From IMG/VR virus record IMGVR_UViG_3300025503_000164, positions 1-34,413 of that record: a stretch of 34,413 bases of DNA. One strand, 5' to 3'. How positions within the stretch are numbered: the first letter of the stretch is position 1; each line of letters starts with the position of its first letter. This stretch comes from a virus (taxonomy: Duplodnaviria > Caudoviricetes). This document shows, piece after piece, positions 15,750-24,432 of the stretch. Position numbers and translations under genes: made by a program. A model generated the notes under the pieces. It saw only the letters and a program-made list of their open reading frames with translations, made no database searches and was not told where the DNA came from.

Positions 15750-15947
15750 TCAGGCGGGCAGGGTGCAGGTGCTGGCGGCCTGTACGCCTCGGAGCGAGTG
15801 AAACGGCGTGCCGAGCGAGGCGTTGTTGAACCGGACGAAGCGCGCCACGTCCTCGGCGTCGGCGTGGAAGTGGACCGGTCGCATCGGGCAGCAGGTGCAG
15901 CTCACGCGGGCCTGCTCCGGGGTAGCGGGTGCGGTTGCCGTGGTCAT
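15750..15947 (-). CDS. hypothetical protein (65 aa)
   Basis: AGGGGGG SD; CTCC motif; first gene after element copy 4. Confidence 0.6.
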   Translation of the reverse strand: MTTATAPATPEQARVSCTCCPMRPVHFHADAEDVARFVRFNNASLGTPFHSLRGVQAASTCTLPA

Positions 15948-16485
15948 CGGTCGTGCCCCCCTGCGGCGTGTCGTTCGGGTCGGGTCAAGGCTAAGACGCC
16001 CCCTGGGGCGTGCCACGACGCGCCTCGGACGAGGGCGGCGGGGTCGCGCAGGGGTGCCGGGGAACCCTCGGGCATGCCCCCTGGCTCGCACGATCCGACG
16101 AATCCGTGGGAGTTCGAACACGTCCCCGTGCGCGTGATCGCCCCCGTCCCCCCTGGGGAATCGCGTAGGACGCGAGCAAAGGGGGCGCCACGCGTTCGAC
16201 CCCCGACGCACGCACGAGAACGCGTCGACGGGGGATGAACCGCGTGGTGCCCCCCTAGCTTCGCGGGAACGATCCCCCTTGGGGATGCGATGATCGACCC
16301 CCTTCGGGGAATCGCGCAGGACGCAAGCAAAGGGGGGTAGGTCGCGTCGAACGGGGGATCGCGGGGGAATGTACATCCCCCCGATCAACGTCGCGTGGCG
16401 CCCCCTTTCTCGGGGTCGGGGGGATCGTGGGCACGCTCACGATCCGATCGGGAGATCGTGAGCGAACCCGCAAGCCGGGGGACGA
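15948..16485. repeat. structured intergenic element, copy 4
   Basis: TAAGACGCCCC (15992); internal duplication GGGGAATCGCG.AGGACGC.AGCAAAGGGGG (16151-16185, 16301-16336); GGGGATGAACCG (16231). Confidence 0.7.
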
Positions 16486-16515
16486 GAAAGGGGAGGGCGC
16501 GTGCCCTCCCCTTTC
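16486..16515 (-). terminator. intrinsic terminator of the DUF932 gene
   Basis: Perfect 13-bp stem GAAAGGGGAGGGC-gcgt-GCCCTCCCCTTTC. Confidence 0.75.
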
Positions 16516-16524
16516 CCTGGGGGC

Positions 16525-17760
16525 CTACCGGAGCGCGAGGAGAAACGAGGTGGCGCGGTCGACCAGGGGGTGGCCGTCGACGACCTTCTCGAACCGCCGG
16601 TCCAGCGACACGTCGGATTCGCGCTTCACGTTGGCGTGGTCGACGTAGTCGGCGACCGCGTTGATCGCGCCCCAGGCGGTGCCCCGGTAGTTGGCGAGGT
16701 CGTCGACGTTCAGCGCCTCGGTGAGGGCCACACGGCGCTCGTTCACCGTGTCCTTGCGGCGGTCCGTCCCCTTCTTCGGCTCCGGGAACAGGGTGGCGAC
16801 CAGCGCGTCCCAGGTCTTCGGTGTGACCTTGATGGCGGCCATGATCTCGGCCTGGGCCTGTAGAGCGGCCATGTAGGTGTTGGTGAGTTCGAGGGCGCGG
16901 GCGGCCTCGGCCATCTTGTCCGACAGGCCCGAGTAGTGGCGGGCGGTCCAGGAACGGGAGGCGGTGGCGCAGGCGAGGTTCAGGGTGTTCTGGCACACGA
17001 TCCGGATGGGGGTGGTGCCGACCTGCAGGGCGCCGGAGCCGTCGTGGGAGTTCGAGATGAAGATGTAGGTGTCAACGGGGTCGTCGAGCAGCTTCGTCTG
17101 TTCGGCCATCTTCGCCGACACCCACACCCGGCGGCCGCCGTGCAGGTAGCCGGCGGTGGATGGGATGCACGCGCCGCCCAGGAGGGTGTCGAGCCAGTTG
17201 AACGCCTCGCGGTTCTGGAGGGCGGTGAACTGGCGGCCCACGATGCCGAGCACCGAGTTGTCGTCGGAGCGGGTGGTGGCGTACTGGCCCTCGATCTCGA
17301 GGTGCGTGCCGTCGACGTCGACGAGCAGCGGGCGCTTCACGACCGCCCAGTCGAGGCCGGCGAGGGTCAGCACCTGCTCGGTGTCCTTCGCCTCGGACAC
17401 GTCGGCGCCGATGTCGAAGATGTTGCGACGGAGATTGGAGTCGTACAGGCGGAAGTTTTCGAGTTGGGCGCGGCGGGCTTTGCGGGCGGCGCGGCGCTCC
17501 CGGCGCTTCGCGGCGCGGTCGGCGAGGTCCGCGTTGCCCTCGACGGGCGACGCGTCCGTGTCCTCGATGCCCTGCGTGTCGGTGGCGTCGGGCACGATCT
17601 CGGAGCCGGCGAGGATGTCCGCGACGGTGGTCGGGGCTTCGGCGGCGGCCTCGGGGGTCGTGTCGGTTGGCGGAGCCGTCTGGGCCTCGGGCAGGGTCAG
17701 CTCGACCTTCGCGGTCTCGGGGGTCGTGTTCTGCTGGGCCTTCGTGCTCTTGCGTGCCAT
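16525..17760 (-). CDS. DUF932-family phage/plasmid protein with acidic low-complexity N-terminal extension
   Basis: 'AGLDWAV', 'LQNREAF', 'TAGYLHGGRRVW', 'NSHDGSG', 'PIRIVCQNTL', 'RGTAWGAINAVADYVDH'; GAGGAGG SD. Confidence 0.9.
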   Translation of the reverse strand: MARKSTKAQQNTTPETAKVELTLPEAQTAPPTDTTPEAAAEAPTTVADILAGSEIVPDATDTQGIEDTDASPVEGNADLADRAAKRRERRAARKARRAQLENFRLYDSNLRRNIFDIGADVSEAKDTEQVLTLAGLDWAVVKRPLLVDVDGTHLEIEGQYATTRSDDNSVLGIVGRQFTALQNREAFNWLDTLLGGACIPSTAGYLHGGRRVWVSAKMAEQTKLLDDPVDTYIFISNSHDGSGALQVGTTPIRIVCQNTLNLACATASRSWTARHYSGLSDKMAEAARALELTNTYMAALQAQAEIMAAIKVTPKTWDALVATLFPEPKKGTDRRKDTVNERRVALTEALNVDDLANYRGTAWGAINAVADYVDHANVKRESDVSLDRRFEKVVDGHPLVDRATSFLLALR

Positions 17761-18260
17761 TGTCGGTTGCCTCCTCGATTTTGGGGGGTCGACGCGGGTC
17801 GATTGGATCGTAAGACGCCCCCACAGACCCCTGTAGATCAAGGGCGGACGATAGCGCATCGGCACGCGGATTGACGCGACGTGGTTCCCCCGCACGCTGT
17901 CGGGCTCGAACGGGCACGACGAATCCCTCGGATTCTCAGGGGACCCCCCTGACCCTTCATTCCATGGCGTGTGGCGCGCACGCACGCGACCCCCTGCGCG
18001 ACCCCCATCCACGGGGCGATTGCCACTTGCCCCCGCGACCCCCCTTGAACGCACGACCAGGGGAATGCAACCCCCCCCTAGGACGGCAGCCAAGGGGGGT
18101 AGGCGCGTTCGATTCCCCCTGCGTGATAGATCATGCGTCCCTCCCCCCGTAGGCGAGGGCAAGTGCTTCTCGCCCCTAGACGACTCGCACCCCCTTTCCC
18201 CGCGCGAGCGATGCCATCGCGCGGGACCGTTTGCCTCTGTCGCCACGCGACGACCCGACC
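17761..18260. repeat. structured intergenic element, copy 5
   Basis: TAAGACGCCCC (17811); GGCTCGAACGGGCACGACGAATCCC (17903-17927) matches 14391-14415 at 23 of 25 positions. Confidence 0.62.
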
Positions 18261-18265
18261 CTCCC

Positions 18266-18320
18266 TCGATCACGTCTCGATGAAAGGTCGATCAACCCTC
18301 GATGAAAGGTCGATCAAGCG
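18266..18320. repeat. second 11-bp-phased iteron-like array
   Basis: TCGAT(C/G)A at 18266/18277/18288/18299/18310; same core as the 8736-8941 arrays. Confidence 0.7.
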
Positions 18321-18340
18321 CGACCCCCGGGGCGCCGCGA

Positions 18341-19087
18341 ATGCCGGCTTCCCTGCCTGTCGCCGCGTTCAGAGGTGGATCGCGCTTCGTCGAGAGTGAT
18401 CCCCCTCCTGAATCGCCCTGCGTCTCGACGTGGCTTTGCCTTCGATGCCCCCAGTCGTTCGCCAGCAAGGAGGACAGGGACGCGCACATGGCTGACTGCG
18501 CAGACGATCTCACGCCCCAGGACGGGGCGAGCATGATCCGCACGGATGGAACGTGGACGCCGCGGCTCCAGACGAGCGAGGTCGACGCCCAGGGCAACGG
18601 GACGCCGGGGACCAGCGCAGACGACACTCGCCCCGTAGTCGAGTCGCCTCGCGCTGTCGACGCGCATGACGCGTTCCCCCTGCACGAGCTGATCGACGCC
18701 CTCGGGGAAAGCGAGCCGCGCCCCGCTGAGCCGACACCTTCTGTCGCCCCGGGGACAGCCGACATCGGACATCCCGAGTACCAGGGCGCGTACACCGTGA
18801 CGCTCGTGATGCCGTACGTCGGCCCGCCTCGCGTCGTGAGTCACACCACGACCACGGACGACGACGCCATGCGTGAGCTGCGCCGTCGCCTGTCCATCCA
18901 GGAGAGCGATCCCGGACTTCTCACCGCGAAGGACGCGCTCACGCACCTGGCGACGAGGTTCCGACGCCTGTGGCTGGAGCAGCGCATGGGGCACGACACC
19001 GACGCGGCACAGTACGCCCTCGACCTGGAGGGAGCGGTCCTGAACGCGCTCGCCCAGGCAGGCATGATCCAGGGCCTGTACCGGTGA
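18341..19087 (+). CDS. hypothetical protein with N-terminal C2HC zinc finger (start uncertain)
   Basis: 'CLRCPQSFASKEDRDAHMADC'; coupled to the sigma gene by GTGA. Confidence 0.7.
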   Translation: MPASLPVAAFRGGSRFVESDPPPESPCVSTWLCLRCPQSFASKEDRDAHMADCADDLTPQDGASMIRTDGTWTPRLQTSEVDAQGNGTPGTSADDTRPVVESPRAVDAHDAFPLHELIDALGESEPRPAEPTPSVAPGTADIGHPEYQGAYTVTLVMPYVGPPRVVSHTTTTDDDAMRELRRRLSIQESDPGLLTAKDALTHLATRFRRLWLEQRMGHDTDAAQYALDLEGAVLNALAQAGMIQGLYR

Positions 19088-19617
19088 CGCCCGAGGAACG
19101 CGGGGCCATGTACGAGGCCAACGAGCGTCTGGTGACGTGGGTGGTCACCCGTCTCATGCGGTACTGGGCCATCCCAGATGCCACACCGGATTGGGCGATG
19201 GACGCCGGGATGTACGGACTTGCTGTGGCGGCCACCCTGTTCGACGCCGAACGGGGCTACAAGTTCTCGACCTTCGCCGTGCCCGTGATCCGCCATGAGG
19301 TCGCCAAGGCCCGGCGATCCCGCATGAGGGACATGGTGGGCCACACCGTGAGCCTCGATGCCGAGGTGAGCAACACCGACGAGCTGCACCTGCTCGACAT
19401 GCTGCCCGATCACGCCGCACAGGCAGCACTCGAGGACGTCGACACCCTTTCGAGCCTGGGGGAGACCGTCACATTGTTGCCGGTCCTCATGGACCGCAGT
19501 TTCGCCGAGATCGGTCGGTCTGTCGGATACACGCGACAGGCCATGCACCAACGTTTTCGGGTGGAAGGGAGGGCGTATCTGTGGCTTACTCAGCATCCTC
19601 GCAGACAGATGGTGTGA
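19084..19617 (+). CDS. phage sigma-70-family factor, sporulation/SigF-G-like
   Basis: Region 2 'NERLV...GMYGL..AA..FDAERGYKFSTFA...I', 'VSLD', and region 4 'SFAEIGRSVGYTRQAM'. Confidence 0.88.
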   Translation: MTPEERGAMYEANERLVTWVVTRLMRYWAIPDATPDWAMDAGMYGLAVAATLFDAERGYKFSTFAVPVIRHEVAKARRSRMRDMVGHTVSLDAEVSNTDELHLLDMLPDHAAQAALEDVDTLSSLGETVTLLPVLMDRSFAEIGRSVGYTRQAMHQRFRVEGRAYLWLTQHPRRQMV

Positions 19618-19847
19618 GGCGCCCGTCGACGCGCCGGAGAGCAACACCGGTCCAGGGGCCGTTTGCCGGCGCGCACGCCCTCGGCGCCCGTTGGCCGGGA
19701 GAACCGGCCATCAGCACCGGGGCGCTCTCGCGGGCGCAGACGATCGTGCTGGAGCACGCAAACGCGATCCGCGACGAGGACCCGACGCTCGCGGAGGAGC
19801 TGGGTAGGCTCGCCCACTGGCTCCTACCGCCTGGTGGGGGTGTATGA
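19614..19847 (+). CDS. hypothetical protein
   Basis: GTGA and ATGA coupling on both sides. Confidence 0.55.
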   Translation: MRRPSTRRRATPVQGPFAGAHALGARWPGEPAISTGALSRAQTIVLEHANAIRDEDPTLAEELGRLAHWLLPPGGGV

Positions 19848-20050
19848 GGCAGAACCGCAAGAGCGCCTGGGCTACGGCCCGGGCGTTTCTCGTTGATGGC
19901 CGTCTATCCATCGGCCTCGGCATGGGGTTCGGCGGCGCCGTCCTGCGGTACATCGGTGTGGCGCAGTCGTGGCCCGGCATCATCCAGATCGGCCTGGTGG
20001 CCGTCGTCGTCGCCGTGGCCGTCGTCGTGAGCGCGGTGATCTGGCCGTGA
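19844..20050 (+). CDS. small membrane protein (2 TM)
   Basis: Two hydrophobic stretches and a basic N-terminus. Confidence 0.65.
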   Translation: MRQNRKSAWATARAFLVDGRLSIGLGMGFGGAVLRYIGVAQSWPGIIQIGLVAVVVAVAVVVSAVIWP

Positions 20051-20161
20051 GCCCCCGGTTATGCGGCCCGTATGCAGACCGCTGCATGAGGGTGTGCCGA
20101 ATCGACGTTCAGATACTCTGGCGGTGCATAAACGGTGCATCGCCACCTAGCAGGTGACACC

Positions 20162-20638
20162 GTGGTCAAGATCAACTGGCTGCCGATCCGCCAGGAGTAC
20201 ATCGAATCAGACGTGACGATGGAGACGCTGGCCGAGAAGTACGGCGTGAACGGAAGCGCCCTGCGGCGTCGTGCCTCCAAGGAGGCGTGGACGACCCAGC
20301 GCGAGGAGTTCCGGCGCAAGGTGCAGGTCGAGCGTGAGCGCCAGCGCGTCGAGGAGATGGCCAAGGATCTGGTCGACTTCGATGAGCGCGCCCTGCACAT
20401 CGCCAAGGCCGGACTGGCGCAGGTGGCCCGCAACATCGCGAGTGCCGGTCAGACCGCCATCCCGCCTGGCCGTCTGGAGGCGTTGTCGAACAGCGCACGC
20501 CGGTTCCAGGAGGTGGGCAGGTTGGCCCTGGGCGCATCCACGAACCGCACGGATGGCAAGAGCGAGGTGAGCGGGCCGAACGGCGGGCCGGTTGCGGTCA
20601 GCTGGGTCGACCTGCTGAGTGCCGCCGAGGGCGATTGA
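20162..20638 (+). CDS. terS: terminase small subunit
   Basis: N-terminal HTH 'NW..IRQEY...LAEKYGV...LRRRA..E.W'; C-terminal 'EVSGPNGGPV'; directly upstream of TerL. Confidence 0.85.
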   Translation: MVKINWLPIRQEYIESDVTMETLAEKYGVNGSALRRRASKEAWTTQREEFRRKVQVERERQRVEEMAKDLVDFDERALHIAKAGLAQVARNIASAGQTAIPPGRLEALSNSARRFQEVGRLALGASTNRTDGKSEVSGPNGGPVAVSWVDLLSAAEGD

Positions 20639-22058
20639 GGCACACGGCTACGACCGCACGCTGGCGAAGCGGATCGTCGCGGTCAAGGACGACCCCGTTG
20701 AGTGGGTGCGCCGCGTCCTCGGCCAAGACCCCTGGAGCTCGCAGCAGGTCATCCTGCGGGCCATCCGCGACCACCGCCGCGTAGCGGTCAAGTCGTGCCA
20801 CGGTGCGGGCAAGTCGACCGTCGCCGCCTGGGCCGTCCTGTGGTTCCTGTTCTGCCACCGCAACAGCACGGTGGTCACCACCGCACCGACGGGCAGACAG
20901 GTCGACGAGATCCTGTGGCGAGAGATCCGCGCGGCCTACACCGCCTCGAAGTACCCGCTCGGCGGTCGGATGCCGCCCAAGGCCAGCACCATCGAGGTCG
21001 GCCCCAACTGGTTCGCCCTGGGCTACAGCACCGACAAGGGCGACAAGTTCCAGGGCTTCCACGCGCCGCACATCCTCGTGGTGCTGGACGAGGCATCCGG
21101 CGTCGAGCCGGCCATCTTCGACGCGATGGAGGGCCTGACGACCGGCGCCAACGTCCGAGTGCTGCTGATCGGCAACCCGACGAACCCCTCCGGCCACTTC
21201 GCCAGGGCGTTCAGGCCCGACAGCGGCTACTTCACGATGTCCATGCCGGCCTTTGCGACGCCCAACTTCACCGGCGAGTCGGAACGGCCGTACCTCGTCA
21301 CGCCCGAGTGGGTGGAGGAGCGGCGTAAGGACTGGGGCGAGGACGATCCCAACTGGACCGCCCGAGTGCTGGCCGAGTTTCCGGGCCAGGACGAACACCA
21401 GCTGATCGCGCTCCACCAGGTCATGGCCGCTCGGACCCGCGACGTGGACGAGGACGAGGCGAGCATCATCGCCGCCGACGTGGCGCGCTTCGGCGTGGAC
21501 CGGACGGTGATCGTGCACCGCAAGGGGCTGCGCACCGAGTTCGTGTCGGTCACCACCAAGGAGCCGATCACCGAGACCGCGGCGCGGGTCATCGCCGCCA
21601 TGCTTGCCGTGGATGCCAAGTACGCCGTCATCGACGACGACGGGGTGGGCGGCGGCGTGACCGACGTGCTGCGAGCCAAGGGCATCCGGGTGTTCCCCTT
21701 CCGCAACGGGTCCAAGTCGCGGACGCCCAAGCGATTCGCCAACCGGCGGGCCGAGGGGTACTGGGGCCTGCGCGAGCGGTTCCAACAGGGCCTCATCGCC
21801 ATCCCCGACGACGAGAAGCTGACCGGCGAGCTGACGGCGCTCCGGTACGGCTTCACGAACGTCGACCAGATCAAGGTCGAGAGCAAGGACGAGATGCGAA
21901 AGCGCGGCCTTCGCAGCCCCGACCTGGCGGACGCGGTGATGATGGCCTACGCCCACCACGACCCCGCGCTCATCTTCGAGCCCGACGCGCCCACCGACGT
22001 CCTCGAAGCCGACTACACCGACATCCTGGCCGACGCCGCTTCGGCCCTCGGGAGGTGA
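20619..22058 (+). CDS. terL: terminase large subunit (start uncertain)
   Basis: Walker A 'SCHGAGKS', Walker B 'VVLDEA', 'GNP', and nuclease residues 'DVARFG.D' and 'SPDLADA'. Confidence 0.95.
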   Translation: MPPRAIEAHGYDRTLAKRIVAVKDDPVEWVRRVLGQDPWSSQQVILRAIRDHRRVAVKSCHGAGKSTVAAWAVLWFLFCHRNSTVVTTAPTGRQVDEILWREIRAAYTASKYPLGGRMPPKASTIEVGPNWFALGYSTDKGDKFQGFHAPHILVVLDEASGVEPAIFDAMEGLTTGANVRVLLIGNPTNPSGHFARAFRPDSGYFTMSMPAFATPNFTGESERPYLVTPEWVEERRKDWGEDDPNWTARVLAEFPGQDEHQLIALHQVMAARTRDVDEDEASIIAADVARFGVDRTVIVHRKGLRTEFVSVTTKEPITETAARVIAAMLAVDAKYAVIDDDGVGGGVTDVLRAKGIRVFPFRNGSKSRTPKRFANRRAEGYWGLRERFQQGLIAIPDDEKLTGELTALRYGFTNVDQIKVESKDEMRKRGLRSPDLADAVMMAYAHHDPALIFEPDAPTDVLEADYTDILADAASALGR

Positions 22059-22062
22059 TGCC

Positions 22063-24426
22063 TTGGCAGAGAACAACGGCCTGATCCAGCGCATCCTGTC
22101 GTGGTTCCAGCGCGCCTTCGCCTCCGAGACCGAGGATCCGAGGCGGCAGGCCACCGACACCGGCCTGCAGATCCACACGTCGCCGGAGCTGTGGCCGTAC
22201 GAGATGTACGTCCTCGAGTACGACCGGCGCATCATCATCAGCGACATCCACCGCATCCTGCAGGCCGACCCGAGGACGTGGCGGGCGCTGAACAAGATGG
22301 CGGCCGGTGCGGTTCGAGGCGGCATCACGATCAAGGTAATGCCGCAGCCGGGCACGCCGGACAGCGTGGCCGTGAAGGCGCAGGACGTGCTCGACCAGCT
22401 CCGCAAGGACACCCGCATCGACGCCAAACTGCCGTCGTGGTCGCGGATGCTCCTCGCCGAGGGCGACCTGTTCCTGGAGGTCGTGGCCGTGCAGGACGGC
22501 CAGTTGTTCCGCATCGTGAACCTCAAGCGCATCCCGGCCATCACGATGCACCGGAACGACGACATGCAGGGCAACTTCCCCGACATCCAGGCCGCGTTCA
22601 CCCAGATCGACCCGATCTCGCTCGGGCCGCTGTCGGACTTCAAGCTGTGGCAGGTCAACCACATCCGCTGGAACCACGAGGACGGCGAGCGGTACGGCCA
22701 AAGCCAGCTCCTCCAGATCCGCGGCTACGCGAAGAAGCTGGCGATGGCCGACGACGACCTGGTGGTCAGGCGGCGCACCCGCGCTGCCCTGAGACGCCTG
22801 CACGTCATCGGGACACCGGAGAACCCCGGCGACGAGGCCGAGATCGCCAAGTACAAGGCGCGCAACTCCTCGGCCAAGTACGGTGCGGCGTCGGTGGTCA
22901 CCGACTACTACTCGAACGGCACCACCAGCATCGTGAACCTGGACGGCGACGCCAGCCTGGGCGACATCGCCGACGTGGAGTACCTCAACGACCTGCTGTT
23001 CCTGGGCGCGGGTGTGCCGCAGGGCCTCCTCGGTGCGGCCTACAAGGTGAGCCATGACGTCCTCGACCGCCAGCAGAGCGAACTGTTCATGGACCAGGAG
23101 ACCGTGACCGACGTGCTGGAGAACGGTGACGGCGGCGCGTTCTCGGGCCTGCGGTCGATCATGGAGTTCGCCCTGTCGCTGGCCGGGATCAACCCCGACA
23201 GCGTGTCCATCAGCCTCACCTGGGCGGAAAAGAGCCAGGAGACCAAGCAGGCGCGGTTGTCGCGGGTCATCGACGCCCGCTCCTCCCAGCCCGACCCGCT
23301 CATCAGCCGCAAGACGGCGCTGGCCGTCATCGCCGAGGACTTCGGCATCGACGACCTGGACGCGGAGCTCAAGCAACTCGCCGACGAGCTTGCCGAGGAG
23401 CGACAGGCCCAGCAAGCGGCACAGACGGCGGTCAACCCCGTACACGGCTCGCCGATGCCGCAAAGCCGCGGCGCCCAGATGGCCGGCGAGAAGTTCACTC
23501 CCGACGCTACCGGCGCACCGCAGATGGACGCGACCGATCCCCAGGACGCCTTCGGCGGCCAGGTGGGGCTGTACTCGCGTCACATGGTCCACCTCGAACA
23601 CACCATGGCCGAGGGCGTGCATCGGTACTTCACCAGCGCGGCGCAGGGCTTTCTGCGCGAGACCGGCCTGGAAATGTACCTGGGTGGCGACCGGCTCAAC
23701 CCGTACCCTCCCACGGCGAACCCCTGGCCGCTGGAGGACGCGGAGGACGACGAAGGCGAGGCAGCGGATGACGACCTTGACTGGTCTGACGCTGAGCCGC
23801 CCGACACCGAGGCTGCGCCGCAGGCCGTGGCCGCCCTGGGCGATCAGGTGCTCACGGCAGAAACGGCGCGCTGGCTCGAACGTCGCTGGCGGGCTGTCGT
23901 GAGCCGTCACCGGCCCGGGTTCGTGCAGACCGTATCGGCCTTCCGCAAGGCAGCCGCGAACGAGGGCGGCAAGGAGGGCAACCGTCAGGTCGGCCAGGGC
24001 GTGAACGTGGTCAACCCCGAGACGATCCGGCTCCTCAGCGATGAGGCCGGGGAGCGCGTCAAGGGGATCGACCACACCACCCTGACCAAGCTGCGGCACG
24101 CCCTCTCGACGTCCTACAAGAACGGCGCCCGCCTGTCCGGTCCCAACGGCTGGCTCGAGGCCGTGATCCAGGCGATCGGCCCCGGGACCAACGGCTACCG
24201 CTCGCGGATGATTGCCCGAACCGAACTGGCCGATGCGTACGGCAAGGCCAACCGGTCGGCGTGGCAGGACGCAGGTGTGGAGCGTTGGACCTGGGTGGCG
24301 ACCATCGACAACCGCACCTGCCAACGGTGTCGGGCGCTCAACGGCCAGACCTTTCCCATCGCACACGACATGCCACCCCTCCATCCTCAGTGCCGATGCT
24401 TCGGCATGCCGGTGGTGGGTCCGTGA
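22063..24426 (+). CDS. portal protein fused to MuF/SPP1 gp7-like minor head domain
   Basis: GGAGGTG SD and TTG start; portal-like N-terminal part ('HIRW...YGQS.L'); C-terminal 'IARTE...W....D.RTC..C..LNG...PPLHPQCRC'. Confidence 0.88.
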   Translation: MAENNGLIQRILSWFQRAFASETEDPRRQATDTGLQIHTSPELWPYEMYVLEYDRRIIISDIHRILQADPRTWRALNKMAAGAVRGGITIKVMPQPGTPDSVAVKAQDVLDQLRKDTRIDAKLPSWSRMLLAEGDLFLEVVAVQDGQLFRIVNLKRIPAITMHRNDDMQGNFPDIQAAFTQIDPISLGPLSDFKLWQVNHIRWNHEDGERYGQSQLLQIRGYAKKLAMADDDLVVRRRTRAALRRLHVIGTPENPGDEAEIAKYKARNSSAKYGAASVVTDYYSNGTTSIVNLDGDASLGDIADVEYLNDLLFLGAGVPQGLLGAAYKVSHDVLDRQQSELFMDQETVTDVLENGDGGAFSGLRSIMEFALSLAGINPDSVSISLTWAEKSQETKQARLSRVIDARSSQPDPLISRKTALAVIAEDFGIDDLDAELKQLADELAEERQAQQAAQTAVNPVHGSPMPQSRGAQMAGEKFTPDATGAPQMDATDPQDAFGGQVGLYSRHMVHLEHTMAEGVHRYFTSAAQGFLRETGLEMYLGGDRLNPYPPTANPWPLEDAEDDEGEAADDDLDWSDAEPPDTEAAPQAVAALGDQVLTAETARWLERRWRAVVSRHRPGFVQTVSAFRKAAANEGGKEGNRQVGQGVNVVNPETIRLLSDEAGERVKGIDHTTLTKLRHALSTSYKNGARLSGPNGWLEAVIQAIGPGTNGYRSRMIARTELADAYGKANRSAWQDAGVERWTWVATIDNRTCQRCRALNGQTFPIAHDMPPLHPQCRCFGMPVVGP

Positions 24427-24432
24427 TCGGAG

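Noticed and set aside
16151-16336. Two ~35-bp repeats as a CRISPR array
   Set aside because: 150-bp period, imperfect copies, and the intervening DNA is homologous to other elements rather than unique.
12690-18260. tRNA, rRNA or known riboswitch in the long non-coding stretches
   Set aside because: No cloverleaf, T-loop/CCA arrangement or known aptamer consensus recognised by eye; an Rfam scan would be needed to exclude this fully.
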